Virus record (IMG/VR): IMGVR_UViG_3300032288_003086 | Location: 1-64,000 of that record | Strand: one strand, 5' to 3' | DNA: 64,000 nt | Source: a virus | Shown here: in pieces, positions 1 through 9,907 of the stretch | Numbering within the stretch: position 1 is the first letter of the stretch | Layout of the letters: every line of letters starts with the position of its first letter | The notes under the pieces: model-generated | Database searches by the model: none | What the model was told of the DNA's origin: nothing | What the model saw: the letters and a program-made list of their open reading frames with translations, nothing else | Made by a program: the position numbers and the translations under genes

Positions 1-1
1 T

Positions 2-1744
2 AGGAGTCATCAGTGGAACGTTAGTTCTCCTTCTCTTGGATTTCGTCAGTTCACTTCTGTCAATGATTATTTCTTGGCTGCGGGGGATGACATCATCACT
101 AGGATCCTTAATGAGTCGGAAGATCTCCAAGACTTCGGGACATACCAGCTCCTGAGGGTTACCACCTGCTACTGGAAATCCCAAAGAATGGTAGGTCATC
201 TAACCAAGATTGACCCTGAGACAGGGATGAAGTTCCATGAAATTGTGACAGAGGATTACAAAGTGACTGTTCCTCCAGTATATGATACTCGTATTAATAA
301 GAATAAGGATGATTCTACCTTGACTCAGGGAGAACATATCAAATGGATATGGATCAACCAGGTGTGGGGTGGATTGAAGATTGGTCCTAACAGACCTAGC
401 TTCTATGGTAATGCTGACTATATGGGTATCCAACCTATATATCTGAATATAAAACCAATCAAGTTCCAGTTCAAAGGTGATTTGACTATCTATGGTTGCA
501 AGCTTCCTGTGGAAGGTTCGGTCTTCAGTGATCGCAATTCCAGGAGTGTATCCATGGTAGATAAGATGAAGCCTTTCCAAGTGGGCTATAATTTGGTGAA
601 CAACCAGATCTCTGACATCCTTATAGATGAGTTGGGCACTGTGATTTTGCTAGATCACAATGCTCTTCCTAAGCATTCAGCAGGCGAAGACTGGGGTAGA
701 AACAACTATGCCAAGGCATATGTGGCTATGAAGAACTTCCAGATCCTGCCTTTGGATACAAGTATTTCCAATACAGAGAATGCAGTAGGGTTTAATCACT
801 ACCAGATGTTGAATCTGGAGCAGACCCAGCGTCTGATGTCCAGGATTCAACTGGCCAACTACTTCAAGCAGCAGGCTTTTGAGGTGATTGGTATTACACC
901 ACAGCGTCTTGGTCAGCAGACTGGTCAGGAAACAGCCACAGGTATTGAGCAGTCCATCAATGCATCATTCTCCCAAACAGAGATGTACTTTGTGCAACAC
1001 TCTGAGTATCTGATGCCTAGGGTACACCAGATGCGTACAGACTTGGCACAGTATTATCATTCAAATCGTCCAAGCGTGCGTTTGTCTTATATGACATCCA
1101 TGGATGAGAAGGTCAATTTTGAGATGAATGGTACTCAGCTTTTGTCTAGGGAGCTGAATGTATTTGTAACTACCAAGGTGAATCACAAGCAGGTGATGGA
1201 ACAGATCAAGCAGCTTGCCATCCAGAATAATACAGCGGGTGCCAGTATCTATGATTTGGCTGAGATTGTGAAGGCTGACTCCATGAGTGAGGTAACGCAT
1301 GTGCTTAAGAAGATTGAGCAGAAGACTGAGGCACAACGTCAACAGGAGATGCAACAGCAACAGCAGATGCAGGATAAGCAACTCCAATCTGCACAACAAA
1401 TGCAGGAAGCTCAACAACGATTTGAGGCTGAGCAAAAGCAGTTGGATAGGCAGACCCAGATTGATGTGGCTGAGATCAAAGGTGCAGGGTATCAAGTTCA
1501 AGATATTAATGCCAATCAACAGAGTGACTACATGGATTCACTTCAGTATTTAGAAGGCAAGAGACAAGCCAATGAGACCCTGAATCTCAAGCGCGAGCAG
1601 GAGATCAATAAAAATGCCCGCGAATCTCAGAACATGGACATCAAAAGAGAGGAGATGAACACTCGAAAAGAAATAGCTGAGAAGCAGTTGCAGGTAGCCA
1701 AGGAGAACAAAAACAAGTATGACAATAAATCAAAAAATAAATAG
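2..1744 (+). CDS. Portal protein (crAss-like), 5'-truncated
   Basis: Frame is open from position 2 (RSHQWNVSSPSLG...), so the track start at 74 is internal. Has 'WINQVWGG.KIG', 'GITPQRLG' and a Q-rich coiled-coil C-terminus, as I recall for crAss-like portals. Lies two genes upstream of the MCP. Confidence 0.85.
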   Translation, partial: RSHQWNVSSPSLGFRQFTSVNDYFLAAGDDIITRILNESEDLQDFGTYQLLRVTTCYWKSQRMVGHLTKIDPETGMKFHEIVTEDYKVTVPPVYDTRINKNKDDSTLTQGEHIKWIWINQVWGGLKIGPNRPSFYGNADYMGIQPIYLNIKPIKFQFKGDLTIYGCKLPVEGSVFSDRNSRSVSMVDKMKPFQVGYNLVNNQISDILIDELGTVILLDHNALPKHSAGEDWGRNNYAKAYVAMKNFQILPLDTSISNTENAVGFNHYQMLNLEQTQRLMSRIQLANYFKQQAFEVIGITPQRLGQQTGQETATGIEQSINASFSQTEMYFVQHSEYLMPRVHQMRTDLAQYYHSNRPSVRLSYMTSMDEKVNFEMNGTQLLSRELNVFVTTKVNHKQVMEQIKQLAIQNNTAGASIYDLAEIVKADSMSEVTHVLKKIEQKTEAQRQQEMQQQQQMQDKQLQSAQQMQEAQQRFEAEQKQLDRQTQIDVAEIKGAGYQVQDINANQQSDYMDSLQYLEGKRQANETLNLKREQEINKNARESQNMDIKREEMNTRKEIAEKQLQVAKENKNKYDNKSKNK

Positions 1745-1800
1745 CGTTATACTCCTCTGATTTTTAGTATACACAATGAAAAATAACTCTCAAAAGTTTA

Positions 1801-1817
1801 AAATTGCGTATATTATA
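1801..1817 (+). promoter_or_regulatory. Putative late promoter AAATTGCG-TATATTATA
   Basis: Intergenic. The same core recurs 21-48 nt upstream of six other start codons. Confidence 0.55.
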
Positions 1818-1832
1818 AATAGGAAGACAATC

Positions 1833-1846
1833 AAAACCAACCATAT
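1833..1846 (+). promoter_or_regulatory. 5' leader motif AAAACCAACCATAT
   Basis: Identical 14-mer at 7460-7473. The AAAACCAAC core also occurs at 8160 and 12662. All lie just before an ATG. Confidence 0.45.
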
Positions 1847-3064
1847 ATGACTTCCAATGAAAACAATGCCCCAGACATTAATCTGGATGAGTTCTTACCA
1901 ATGCCAGGAGCTGAGGACATCGTCACAGCTTCAGAAACAACAAAACCCACCAATGTATTCTCAAAGCCTGAGCCCTTTGATACCAACTTCTTAGATAAGA
2001 AGGACGAGAAAAAGGATGAAGACAAAGAGGATAAGAAGGAGGAAAAGGTTGACCTTGAGGCAGCTGCACAAGTAATCGACGAGATTACAGGTGATGAGCC
2101 TAATGAAAGCAAGGGACCTGGAAGACCAAAGATTGACAAATCAGGTCTTGTAGACACCTTTTCCAAGCTCATCGAAGAAGGACTTCTAGTTCCTTTTGAT
2201 GATGACAAGCCCATGGAGGAATATTCAGTTAAAGACTGGAAGGAACTCTTGCAGGCAAACTTCGAGGATAGGGAGACTAAAGCTAGACAGGATCAAGCTG
2301 GGGAGATTGTCCAGCAACTTCCAGATGAGCTGAAGCTTGCCTACAAATACATCTCAGATGGTGGTACAGATTTGAAAGGATTATTCAGGGTCCTTTCACA
2401 TGTAGAAGAAGTTCGTTCTTTGAATCCTGAAGATGAAAGAGACCAAGAGACCATAGTAAGAAATTACTTCAGGTCAAAAGGTGATCTGTCCGAAGATGAG
2501 ATCAGTGAAGAAATTGATACATATAAGGACTTGGGAACCCTTGGTAAAAAGGCTACGCAGTACAAGCCTAAGTTGGATAAGTTTGAAGCTCAGAAAGTTG
2601 AGCATCGTCTTAGACAGCAAGAGCAGTACCAGCAGCAGAAGTATGAAGCCGCTCAGCAGTACATGGATAATGTGTATGATACACTTAAAGGTGGCCAGCT
2701 GAATGGTGTAAGACTTGACAAGAAGACACAGGCCTTCCTTTTCACAGAGCTTACGCAGCCCAAGTATCAGACTGCGGATGGTAGTGGAAGGACGACAAAC
2801 CTGCTAGGTCATTTGCTGGAGAGATACCAGTTTACTGAACCTAGATATGACTTGGTAGCTGAAGCGCTTTGGTTACTGGCTGATCCTGATGGTTACAAGA
2901 ATCAGATTAGGTCCTTAGCTAAGAATGAGGCTACTCAAGAAACAGTGAGAAAATTAAAGACCGAGGAGTCCCGTAAGATTTCGACGTCGATGGTTGATGA
3001 TCAAGAAGATCAGCAGCCAACAAAAAGAAAACTTCCAAGACAACAAAACATATTTAAACGTTAA
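1847..3064 (+). CDS. Putative capsid scaffolding/assembly protein (conserved crAss-like gene between portal and MCP)
   Basis: 405 aa with an acidic low-complexity N-terminus, helical/coiled-coil body and basic C-terminus. Synteny portal-X-MCP. Confidence 0.6.
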   Translation: MTSNENNAPDINLDEFLPMPGAEDIVTASETTKPTNVFSKPEPFDTNFLDKKDEKKDEDKEDKKEEKVDLEAAAQVIDEITGDEPNESKGPGRPKIDKSGLVDTFSKLIEEGLLVPFDDDKPMEEYSVKDWKELLQANFEDRETKARQDQAGEIVQQLPDELKLAYKYISDGGTDLKGLFRVLSHVEEVRSLNPEDERDQETIVRNYFRSKGDLSEDEISEEIDTYKDLGTLGKKATQYKPKLDKFEAQKVEHRLRQQEQYQQQKYEAAQQYMDNVYDTLKGGQLNGVRLDKKTQAFLFTELTQPKYQTADGSGRTTNLLGHLLERYQFTEPRYDLVAEALWLLADPDGYKNQIRSLAKNEATQETVRKLKTEESRKISTSMVDDQEDQQPTKRKLPRQQNIFKR

Positions 3065-3091
3065 CCTATTACTAACTAATTTATTACAAAA

Positions 3092-4720
3092 ATGGCAACA
3101 CCAGTTTTAAACAATGGTCTATTTCTACGTGACACGCAGTACAAAGCTTCGTCCCACGTAGACTCATACCACTTAGTGAACATGCTTAGAGGAACTGAAC
3201 CTATGGATATGGGTCCTGTAGATCTTTGGGCTATGGCTCAGAAGGTAGAAATGCCTCTGTACCAGATGGCTTCATTTGGTGGTAAGAACACAATCCTTGT
3301 AGACAACCCTCGCGGTGAATACAAGTGGCAAACTCCTGTCGTACAAGATCTTCCCTACATCGTAGAGAACTTGGAAGATGGCAACACAACTACAGGTTCG
3401 GATGGAACAACCTTCCGCATCAAGTTGAACAAGCGCATCTTTGGTCATGGTGATATCATCACTTACGACAAATACAACGGTGCTGAATTGTACATCACTG
3501 CTGATGACATCATCCCTGCTGGCGATGGTTTTGTCTACACTGTGCAGATGGTGAACAATGATAACACCGCTATCTTCAAGCAGGACTATATGGCTCCTGG
3601 AACTAAGTACTTCCGCAAAGGTTCTGCCCGCGGTGAGTATGGTGAGCGTTTCTCTGACATCATGGTTCAAACTGGTTTCCGCGAGTACTACAACTTCGTA
3701 GGTGGCGCTGAAGCTCACGTACACTACAGCATCTCTTCTCGCGCAGAGTTGATGATGAAAGGTGGTTTGAATGCTGATGGTACACTTCCTGTTACTGAAA
3801 TCTGGCGCATGTTCGACAAGCAAGCTGATCCTTCGATCACTTCTCTTGAGACCATGGTATCCAAGATGGGTAAGGAATATGTGAAGCGTGCTTATGACAA
3901 CGGTACATTGACTCGTTCATTTGTAACTGCTTTGGAAGCTGCACACCTTACTAAGATCGCTACTGACATCGAGACTTACTTGATGTGGGGACAAGGTGGT
4001 CGCATTAAGCAAGATGGTCCAGATGATATCCGCTTGTCAGTGGGTCTTTGGAAGCAGCTTGACAACTCTTACAAGCGCATCTACAACAAAGGTCAGTTCT
4101 CTCTTGAGCTGTTCCGCGCTGAGATCTTCAACTTCTACAATGGTAAGGTTGAGTTCAAAGGTCCAGATCCAAAGCGTGAACTTATTGTTCAGACTGGTAT
4201 GGGTGGTATGAAGCTTGTAAATGAAGCAATTAAGAAGGAAGCAATCGCTGCTGGTCTTGTGATCAACGCTGGTCCTTCTGGTAATGGTATTGGTGCAATC
4301 ACTGGACAAGGCATGGATCTGAACTTCGGATTCGCTTTCACTAGCTACACCATCCCATTCCTTGCTAATGTGAAGTTTGTGTTGAACCCTGCGTTTGACA
4401 ATGTACACACCAATGACATTGAAAACCCAATGATCGATGGTTACCCATTGTCTTCATACAACTTCATTATCTTCGACATCACTGACAACACCAATGACAA
4501 CATCTTCCTTTTGAAGTTGTCTTGGGACAACCAGTTGAAGTGGTTCTATCAGAATGGTACTATGGATTATATGGGTCGTACCCAAGGCTTCCAGTCAAAT
4601 GGACAGTTCAATGGATACCGCGTCTATATGACTCAGACCATGCCTGCAATCTGGGTTAAGGATCCTACCAAGGTCCTCAAGATTGTTCAGAGGAACCCAA
4701 TCACTGGTGGTTCATTCTAA
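3092..4720 (+). CDS. Major capsid protein (crAss-like, HK97 fold)
   Basis: 542 aa with strongly biased high-expression codon usage and a strong downstream terminator. Motifs 'GLWKQLDNS', 'VQTGMGG', 'FVLNPAFD', 'IWVKDPTK' and gene position fit crAss-like MCPs. Confidence 0.88.
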   Translation: MATPVLNNGLFLRDTQYKASSHVDSYHLVNMLRGTEPMDMGPVDLWAMAQKVEMPLYQMASFGGKNTILVDNPRGEYKWQTPVVQDLPYIVENLEDGNTTTGSDGTTFRIKLNKRIFGHGDIITYDKYNGAELYITADDIIPAGDGFVYTVQMVNNDNTAIFKQDYMAPGTKYFRKGSARGEYGERFSDIMVQTGFREYYNFVGGAEAHVHYSISSRAELMMKGGLNADGTLPVTEIWRMFDKQADPSITSLETMVSKMGKEYVKRAYDNGTLTRSFVTALEAAHLTKIATDIETYLMWGQGGRIKQDGPDDIRLSVGLWKQLDNSYKRIYNKGQFSLELFRAEIFNFYNGKVEFKGPDPKRELIVQTGMGGMKLVNEAIKKEAIAAGLVINAGPSGNGIGAITGQGMDLNFGFAFTSYTIPFLANVKFVLNPAFDNVHTNDIENPMIDGYPLSSYNFIIFDITDNTNDNIFLLKLSWDNQLKWFYQNGTMDYMGRTQGFQSNGQFNGYRVYMTQTMPAIWVKDPTKVLKIVQRNPITGGSF

Positions 4721-4731
4721 TCGAGGTTATC

Positions 4732-4770
4732 AAAAAAGGGGGAGAGAACGCAAAACTCTCCCCTTTTTTT
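4732..4770 (+). terminator. Intrinsic (possibly bidirectional) terminator after MCP
   Basis: AAAAAAGGGGGAGAG-loop-CTCTCCCCTTTTTTT. Confidence 0.85.
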
Positions 4771-4772
4771 AG

Positions 4773-4781
4773 TATATTATA
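4773..4781 (+). promoter_or_regulatory. Putative late promoter TATATTATA
   Basis: Directly after the terminator, 27 nt before ATG 4800. Confidence 0.55.
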
Positions 4782-4799
4782 GTATAAGCACTTATACTC

Positions 4800-5384
4800 A
4801 TGGCAATATATCCCCCAATTCCTAAGCAATTTATGTGGCAATGCTGGAACGCTCCTGTAAAGGGTTCATGTGCCACAGGTGGTGGAGGTGGAACATCTTT
4901 ACTTTACAAAGAAGTTCCTATCTCCTCAGCACAGATCCTTACAATAGGCACTATTCGAGTTGAACTACTTCCTCAATTACCACAAGGACAGTATTATGAT
5001 AATGTGAAGATGAACTTGGAGTACAAGTTTGTTACGACACCTTATGTTGATGGCAATACTGCTTTGATCATAAATAGTATAAATGCCTCTTTTGTTGCAG
5101 ATTTTTCAGCTAGTCCCTATTTTGCGGTTACAAGAACCACACCTTTTGCAGCTACTACTGATACCGCTTGTATAATTGATGGTACACAGACACAAGGTAC
5201 AACTACTGTAAATAGTTTGAATTACAATGCTCGTCCTTTTAGCGCTAACATAGCAGATCCACAGTTTTCTGATTTACATATTTATGCAACTGGATCAAAA
5301 GGAGCTCCTAATCCATCAGGAGGAGATGGTACAATGCTTGTGAAGATCTGGTATGAGATTCGTAATATAGGTAGTGAATTATAA
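4800..5384 (+). CDS. Putative head decoration/fibre protein
   Basis: 194 aa, beta-rich. Shares N-terminal WQCWNAP..G..C.TGG with the next gene. Directly after the MCP. Confidence 0.5.
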   Translation: MAIYPPIPKQFMWQCWNAPVKGSCATGGGGGTSLLYKEVPISSAQILTIGTIRVELLPQLPQGQYYDNVKMNLEYKFVTTPYVDGNTALIINSINASFVADFSASPYFAVTRTTPFAATTDTACIIDGTQTQGTTTVNSLNYNARPFSANIADPQFSDLHIYATGSKGAPNPSGGDGTMLVKIWYEIRNIGSEL

Positions 5385-5396
5385 AAAATATAAAAC

Positions 5397-7445
5397 ATGT
5401 CAATATATTCAAGACCAAGAAAGACACGCGGCTGGCAGTGTTGGAATGCTCCATTAGAAGGTGATTCATGTTCAACAGGTGGTTCTAGTATTCCAGGTCC
5501 TGCTGGTCCTGCTGGTCCACAAGGTGTGCAAGGAGCGCAAGGTATTCAAGGTTTTCAAGGTGTTGCTGGTACTACAGGTGCTACTGGTGCACCTGGTTCT
5601 CAAGGTATCCAAGGAGCAGCTGGTCCCATAGGTCCTGCTGGTTTGAACTGGCAAGGAACATGGTCAGCTCTTGCATCATATGTTCCTGATGATGCTGTAG
5701 CCTATAATGGTGCTTCTTACTTTGCAATAAACAATGTAGGACCTTTAGTCACTCCTCCAAATGTTGACACCGCTAACTGGGCGCTTTTGGCTGCACAGGG
5801 TGCAACAGGTCTACAAGGACCAACTGGAGCAACTGGAGCAACAGGAGCTACTGGTGCAACAGGTCTTCAAGGTCCACAAGGTTTACAAGGTCCTCAAGGT
5901 CTGCAAGGTATACCTGGTCCTACAGGTCCTGCGGGTAATGTAACAAGTCTTACAGTTGAAAGTGGTTTGAGGAACATTGGTGATCTTGCCAATCCAATCC
6001 TCAGACTTGGTCAGAATCCACTTCTTGCGCAGACAGAGATTCCTTCAGGAGGATTCAACCTGTCTTTGTCAGGTACTGGAAAACTAGGTGTTGGTCTTGA
6101 CTTGTCTACAGGTTCATCAACTGCTGCCAAACTACAGGTCATGTCAAACGGTGGCGCTGATTTGATAGCGGGTGTCATAAGTGGTAATACCCTTACTTTA
6201 CAGACAACCTGGGTTATAAACTCAATCACTTATACAAGCGCTGCTTTCACAGGTACCATAAACATAGGGGATGGAGTATTTGTACCTACGGATTCTGGTG
6301 TAAAACCTGGAACTGTGATAACAGCCAATCCTTCTCCAGGGGTTTATACCCTTAGCACTACTGGTAATAGTTTTACAGCATACGGAAATACTACTCCACC
6401 ACTTCCTCCAGGATTTGCAGGATACGGTATTTCCACATCTCCGCTTGTATTCAAAAGCCAACCTTTGACAGGATCCACATGGGATGGAGGAACAACAACC
6501 ACATCTTCATTTGAAGTATATGCAAATGGTGCAGTCAGATCAGGAAACCTGTTTATTTCAAAGCAAGGAAGCGGTGGAAGTAAATTCTCTTTTGGTTTTC
6601 CAACCAGCACTGATCCTTTTGGTACATCAGGTAATGGAAACTCTTCATTCTCTGTTCTTGGACAGATGGCTACAAATGCTGGTATAAGCACTGGAACACC
6701 AGGAGTAAGTTCAAGCATAAGGTTTGTAGGTCAGAATGAATGTGCCATAACTGGTCAAACAGATCTTGCACTGTCTTACTTTTCTCTGACAGGAACAAGA
6801 GGTCGTCACTCTTTCATAGGTGGTATTGCAATCAGTAAAAACTACGAGAATGGTGGTAATGCTATAAACGGAAGATTTCCATCCATTTATTATGGTGCTG
6901 ATTCATCAACAGCTGGAAACTATGGAGCACAACAAGGTTATTCCCTTTGCGTTTATCAGCCATTCAGTCCTGGAACAGCAGGTTCAATATCAGGTACAGT
7001 AACAGGTTACATAGTTGGAACCACCCTTTTTGTAACAGCTGTGAACGGTAGCGGATGTAATGCACTACCCGTAGGATTGTTGAATGCTGGCAATACGTTG
7101 TCATCAAGTAGCGCTGCTGCAAGTATCGTAATAGGTACTACAATTACAGGTACTCTCGTACCTTATGTACCTGGTGTTATATCAGGTGTTCCTCCTAGTT
7201 GTCCTGGGGCAGCAACTGTTGGTCAATATTCAGTATCCGCCTCCCAGACTTATTCCTCAGGTCCTGTTGGGGTCACAATATACGTATCCGCATATCCAAA
7301 CTGGAACAACTCACGCGCTATGTATGTGGATGGAACAATCAAGTTTGTAAATCTTCCACAAGGCGCTGGTTCCGCTCCAGTGGGTCTTACCGCGGGTGAT
7401 ATCTGGGTGGACACATCAGCAGGCAACGTATTGAAAATGGTGTAA
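5397..7445 (+). CDS. Collagen-like head fibre protein
   Basis: Two Gly-X-Y tracts flank a Trp/Tyr-rich CBM5/12-like module (WQGTWSALASY...VAYNGASY...NWALL). G/S/T-rich fibre body and 'GDIWVDTS' C-terminus. Confidence 0.75.
   Translation: MSIYSRPRKTRGWQCWNAPLEGDSCSTGGSSIPGPAGPAGPQGVQGAQGIQGFQGVAGTTGATGAPGSQGIQGAAGPIGPAGLNWQGTWSALASYVPDDAVAYNGASYFAINNVGPLVTPPNVDTANWALLAAQGATGLQGPTGATGATGATGATGLQGPQGLQGPQGLQGIPGPTGPAGNVTSLTVESGLRNIGDLANPILRLGQNPLLAQTEIPSGGFNLSLSGTGKLGVGLDLSTGSSTAAKLQVMSNGGADLIAGVISGNTLTLQTTWVINSITYTSAAFTGTINIGDGVFVPTDSGVKPGTVITANPSPGVYTLSTTGNSFTAYGNTTPPLPPGFAGYGISTSPLVFKSQPLTGSTWDGGTTTTSSFEVYANGAVRSGNLFISKQGSGGSKFSFGFPTSTDPFGTSGNGNSSFSVLGQMATNAGISTGTPGVSSSIRFVGQNECAITGQTDLALSYFSLTGTRGRHSFIGGIAISKNYENGGNAINGRFPSIYYGADSSTAGNYGAQQGYSLCVYQPFSPGTAGSISGTVTGYIVGTTLFVTAVNGSGCNALPVGLLNAGNTLSSSSAAASIVIGTTITGTLVPYVPGVISGVPPSCPGAATVGQYSVSASQTYSSGPVGVTIYVSAYPNWNNSRAMYVDGTIKFVNLPQGAGSAPVGLTAGDIWVDTSAGNVLKMV
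5496..5933 (+). repeat. Collagen Gly-X-Y repeats (16 triplets at 5496-5639; 15 triplets at 5799-5933)
   Basis: Read directly from the translation. Confidence 0.9.
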
Positions 7446-7475
7446 TAACGTAACCCCTTAAAACCAACCATATTT

Positions 7476-7667
7476 ATGAACATTACCCTTTATCTTACAG
7501 TAGAAGAAGTGAACGTCATCATTCAAGGACTAGGTGAATTGCCAGCAAAAACATCGATGACGCTTATTAAAAAAATTCAAGAAGAAGGTTCTAAACAGTT
7601 ACAATCTAATAATTATACTCAAAATGGGAATCAGACCTATACCGAAGATATACCCAGCGTCTCCTGA
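7476..7667 (+). CDS. Small helical protein, possible fibre chaperone
   Basis: 63 aa 'LTVEEVNVIIQGLGELP'. Preceded by the AAAACCAACCATAT leader and follows a fibre gene. Confidence 0.55.
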   Translation: MNITLYLTVEEVNVIIQGLGELPAKTSMTLIKKIQEEGSKQLQSNNYTQNGNQTYTEDIPSVS

Positions 7668-8118
7668 CACTGCGATATCACGTGCAAAAGAATCAGAAGC
7701 AGCTCCTGCTAGACTTGCACATCTAAACAAACTTATTGCTGAACTCAATGACATCAAGCACTATGAGCTTGATATGTCATTGGCCTCTTCTGTTGAGATT
7801 ACCAGCTCAAAGGGAATCATTGACATCACAGGCATAGATGCATTTTCACCACCCGATCCAGATACAGCATTTGGAAGTTATGTAATAATTACACTGGTGA
7901 ATCCAGCCATTGTTGCAGCAGGGGTTGACAACACATATGTTCAAGTGACTCCGTATTATAATCCTGCTATGGATGATTGGGCAATTCCATACCTAATGCC
8001 AATCGGTGGTGGACCAACTGGATTGAATGTTGCAGTCTATAATGCATCACCTACACCTGCAGGAGCTAATCAATGGACAGGTGCATTTTACATCTACTAT
8101 GAAATCAAAACCCTGTAA
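7624..8118 (+). CDS. Putative virion decoration/head fibre protein
   Basis: 164 aa with a short helix (ARLAHLNKLIAELN) and a beta-rich domain. Ends 'YYEIK', like 'WYEIR' of 4800..5384. Confidence 0.5.
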   Translation: MGIRPIPKIYPASPDTAISRAKESEAAPARLAHLNKLIAELNDIKHYELDMSLASSVEITSSKGIIDITGIDAFSPPDPDTAFGSYVIITLVNPAIVAAGVDNTYVQVTPYYNPAMDDWAIPYLMPIGGGPTGLNVAVYNASPTPAGANQWTGAFYIYYEIKTL

Positions 8119-8131
8119 TAGTGGGTTTTGA
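8105..8131 (+). terminator. Hairpin over stop codon (TCAAAACCC-N9-GGGTTTTGA)
   Basis: Perfect 9-bp inverted repeat with a weak U-tract. Confidence 0.4.
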
Positions 8132-8180
8132 ATACATTTATTAGTATTATTGCAGACGTAAAACCAACAAAATCAGCAAT

Positions 8181-9197
8181 ATGAGCGTAACAATCGTTGA
8201 AACCAACCCCGTAAGCAAGAAGTACAACAGTACCATTGCTATCAGACCCTATGTTGACAGTAGTAAAAACAACATGGGTTTGGAGAAGTATGATCAAGCT
8301 TTGTTTGATGGAATCTTCCATGAAGAACAGCTAGCCTGTCTTGAGATGAATGGCATCAAACGCTATGTCACAGGACTGAATGAATTTGCTCCTGAGATTA
8401 AGCGTCTTCCCACTGAAGAGCGTGAAGCAGCCATCAAAGAGATTCGCAGACTAGTAACTCAGTTAGAAGCAGAGCTTGCAACCAACTTCCTAGATCCTGA
8501 AGACAAGGAGTTTTGGAATAAGGTAAAACTTCTGCGTCCTGACAATGATGACTTCTGGAGTAAGATTGTCATTCGCGTGGGTAATGAACCTATATGGTTA
8601 AATCCTACAGATCCTCACGATTTGATCAAGCTTAAAGCAATTGAAGCTGGTGGATTTAGTCTGGTGGCTAAGACTTTGGATGTAGCGCGTAAGAGTAATC
8701 CTTCTTACAAGTTCTATCTGGATAAGTTTGAAGAGACTGCCTCTATCAAGACTGAGGTTAAAAAGCTACGTAATAAAGCGCTGGCTGAACTGGAGAAGCT
8801 TGCAAACAAGAACGTCAATAAGTTGATGTATGTATGCAAAGTGGTGGATCCTAACTCTCCTCAGTACAAGAAGACTACTCCTACAGATGTCATGTACGAT
8901 AACATGGACAAGTACATCAATGGAGAAACTGTGGATACAGACAAGCGTAAGACTGCTCAGCGTTTCATGGATATTGCAAACCTGGATATGGAAACGCTTA
9001 AGATCCGCGCCATCATCAAAGATGCCACGTATTATAAGTTATTAATTCTCAGAGGTGATGGGTTTATTTATCATGGTGAATCCAATACTTTGGTAGGTAA
9101 GAATCCTTCTGAGATTGCAGAATATCTCAAAAACCCTCTCCATGAAGACATCCTGATGCATTTGACTAAGGGTGTGGAGAAATACTGGAATAACTGA
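8181..9197 (+). CDS. Conserved crAss-like capsid-module protein, function unknown
   Basis: 338 aa, charged and helical. Position downstream of the MCP and upstream of a ring protein matches the crAss-like capsid module. Confidence 0.6.
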   Translation: MSVTIVETNPVSKKYNSTIAIRPYVDSSKNNMGLEKYDQALFDGIFHEEQLACLEMNGIKRYVTGLNEFAPEIKRLPTEEREAAIKEIRRLVTQLEAELATNFLDPEDKEFWNKVKLLRPDNDDFWSKIVIRVGNEPIWLNPTDPHDLIKLKAIEAGGFSLVAKTLDVARKSNPSYKFYLDKFEETASIKTEVKKLRNKALAELEKLANKNVNKLMYVCKVVDPNSPQYKKTTPTDVMYDNMDKYINGETVDTDKRKTAQRFMDIANLDMETLKIRAIIKDATYYKLLILRGDGFIYHGESNTLVGKNPSEIAEYLKNPLHEDILMHLTKGVEKYWNN

Positions 9198-9907
9198 TGA
9201 CAAACGCCGAGTTGCAAATTAAAGTCAAAGAGAGGCTGAACAAACTGGCCTCTCTTGACTATGATAACTTTGAATGCTGGCAGATTGTTGAGGCATTCAA
9301 CAAGGCGCAACTTGAGTGGTTTCGCCGTCAGATTAATGGTATCAACCAGCTTCAAGCGGGGGATGGATCTACCAAGGTCAACTACGATGATACCCAGAAG
9401 CTAATCAAAACAGTTCCTCTTACAGGTGCAAACTATCCAAATACATATCCTCAGAACTTTGAGACAGATCTTATCCCAGAGGATTATCTGTATTACAGTT
9501 CCATGTATGTAATGGCTAAGAGTGACTGTTGTCCAGAAAGGAATATCATTGTGTATATGGTAGATAAGGCTGATCTATATGTAATCCTTAGGGATGATAA
9601 TAAGAAGCCTAGCTTTGACTGGGGTGAAACAGTTGCAGTTGTTGGTGACAATAAGTTCATCATCTATACAGGTGGTGAGTTTGACATCACATCCATAAAT
9701 CTTACTTACTATAGAAAGCCAGTTCCAGTATCATTTGGCGGATGTGTGGATATCAGTACAGGACTTCCTACTGCAGATGTTGCATGTGAGTTCAAGGATG
9801 ATGTTGCAGAAATCCTAGTTGATAATGCTGTAACCATACTTGCTGCTGATATTGAATCATTCAATCAATACACTAGGGCTGCTAACTCAGTACAATCTAA
9901 CACATAA
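9197..9907 (+). CDS. Putative head-tail connector ring protein
   Basis: 236 aa with 'AFNKAQ', 'KPSFDW', 'LTYYRKP', 'EILVDNAV', the pattern I recall for crAss-like ring proteins. Coupled by TGATG. Confidence 0.65.
   Translation: MTNAELQIKVKERLNKLASLDYDNFECWQIVEAFNKAQLEWFRRQINGINQLQAGDGSTKVNYDDTQKLIKTVPLTGANYPNTYPQNFETDLIPEDYLYYSSMYVMAKSDCCPERNIIVYMVDKADLYVILRDDNKKPSFDWGETVAVVGDNKFIIYTGGEFDITSINLTYYRKPVPVSFGGCVDISTGLPTADVACEFKDDVAEILVDNAVTILAADIESFNQYTRAANSVQSNT

Noticed and set aside
74-76. TTG start for the portal
   Set aside because: Frame is open upstream to the window edge, so the true start lies outside the window.
1742-1777. Stop-codon reassignment (TAG/TGA), known in some crAss-like phages
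   Set aside because: Long ORFs are intact under the standard code, and both TAG and TGA end genes at sensible boundaries. Reading through the portal TAG adds only a few codons.
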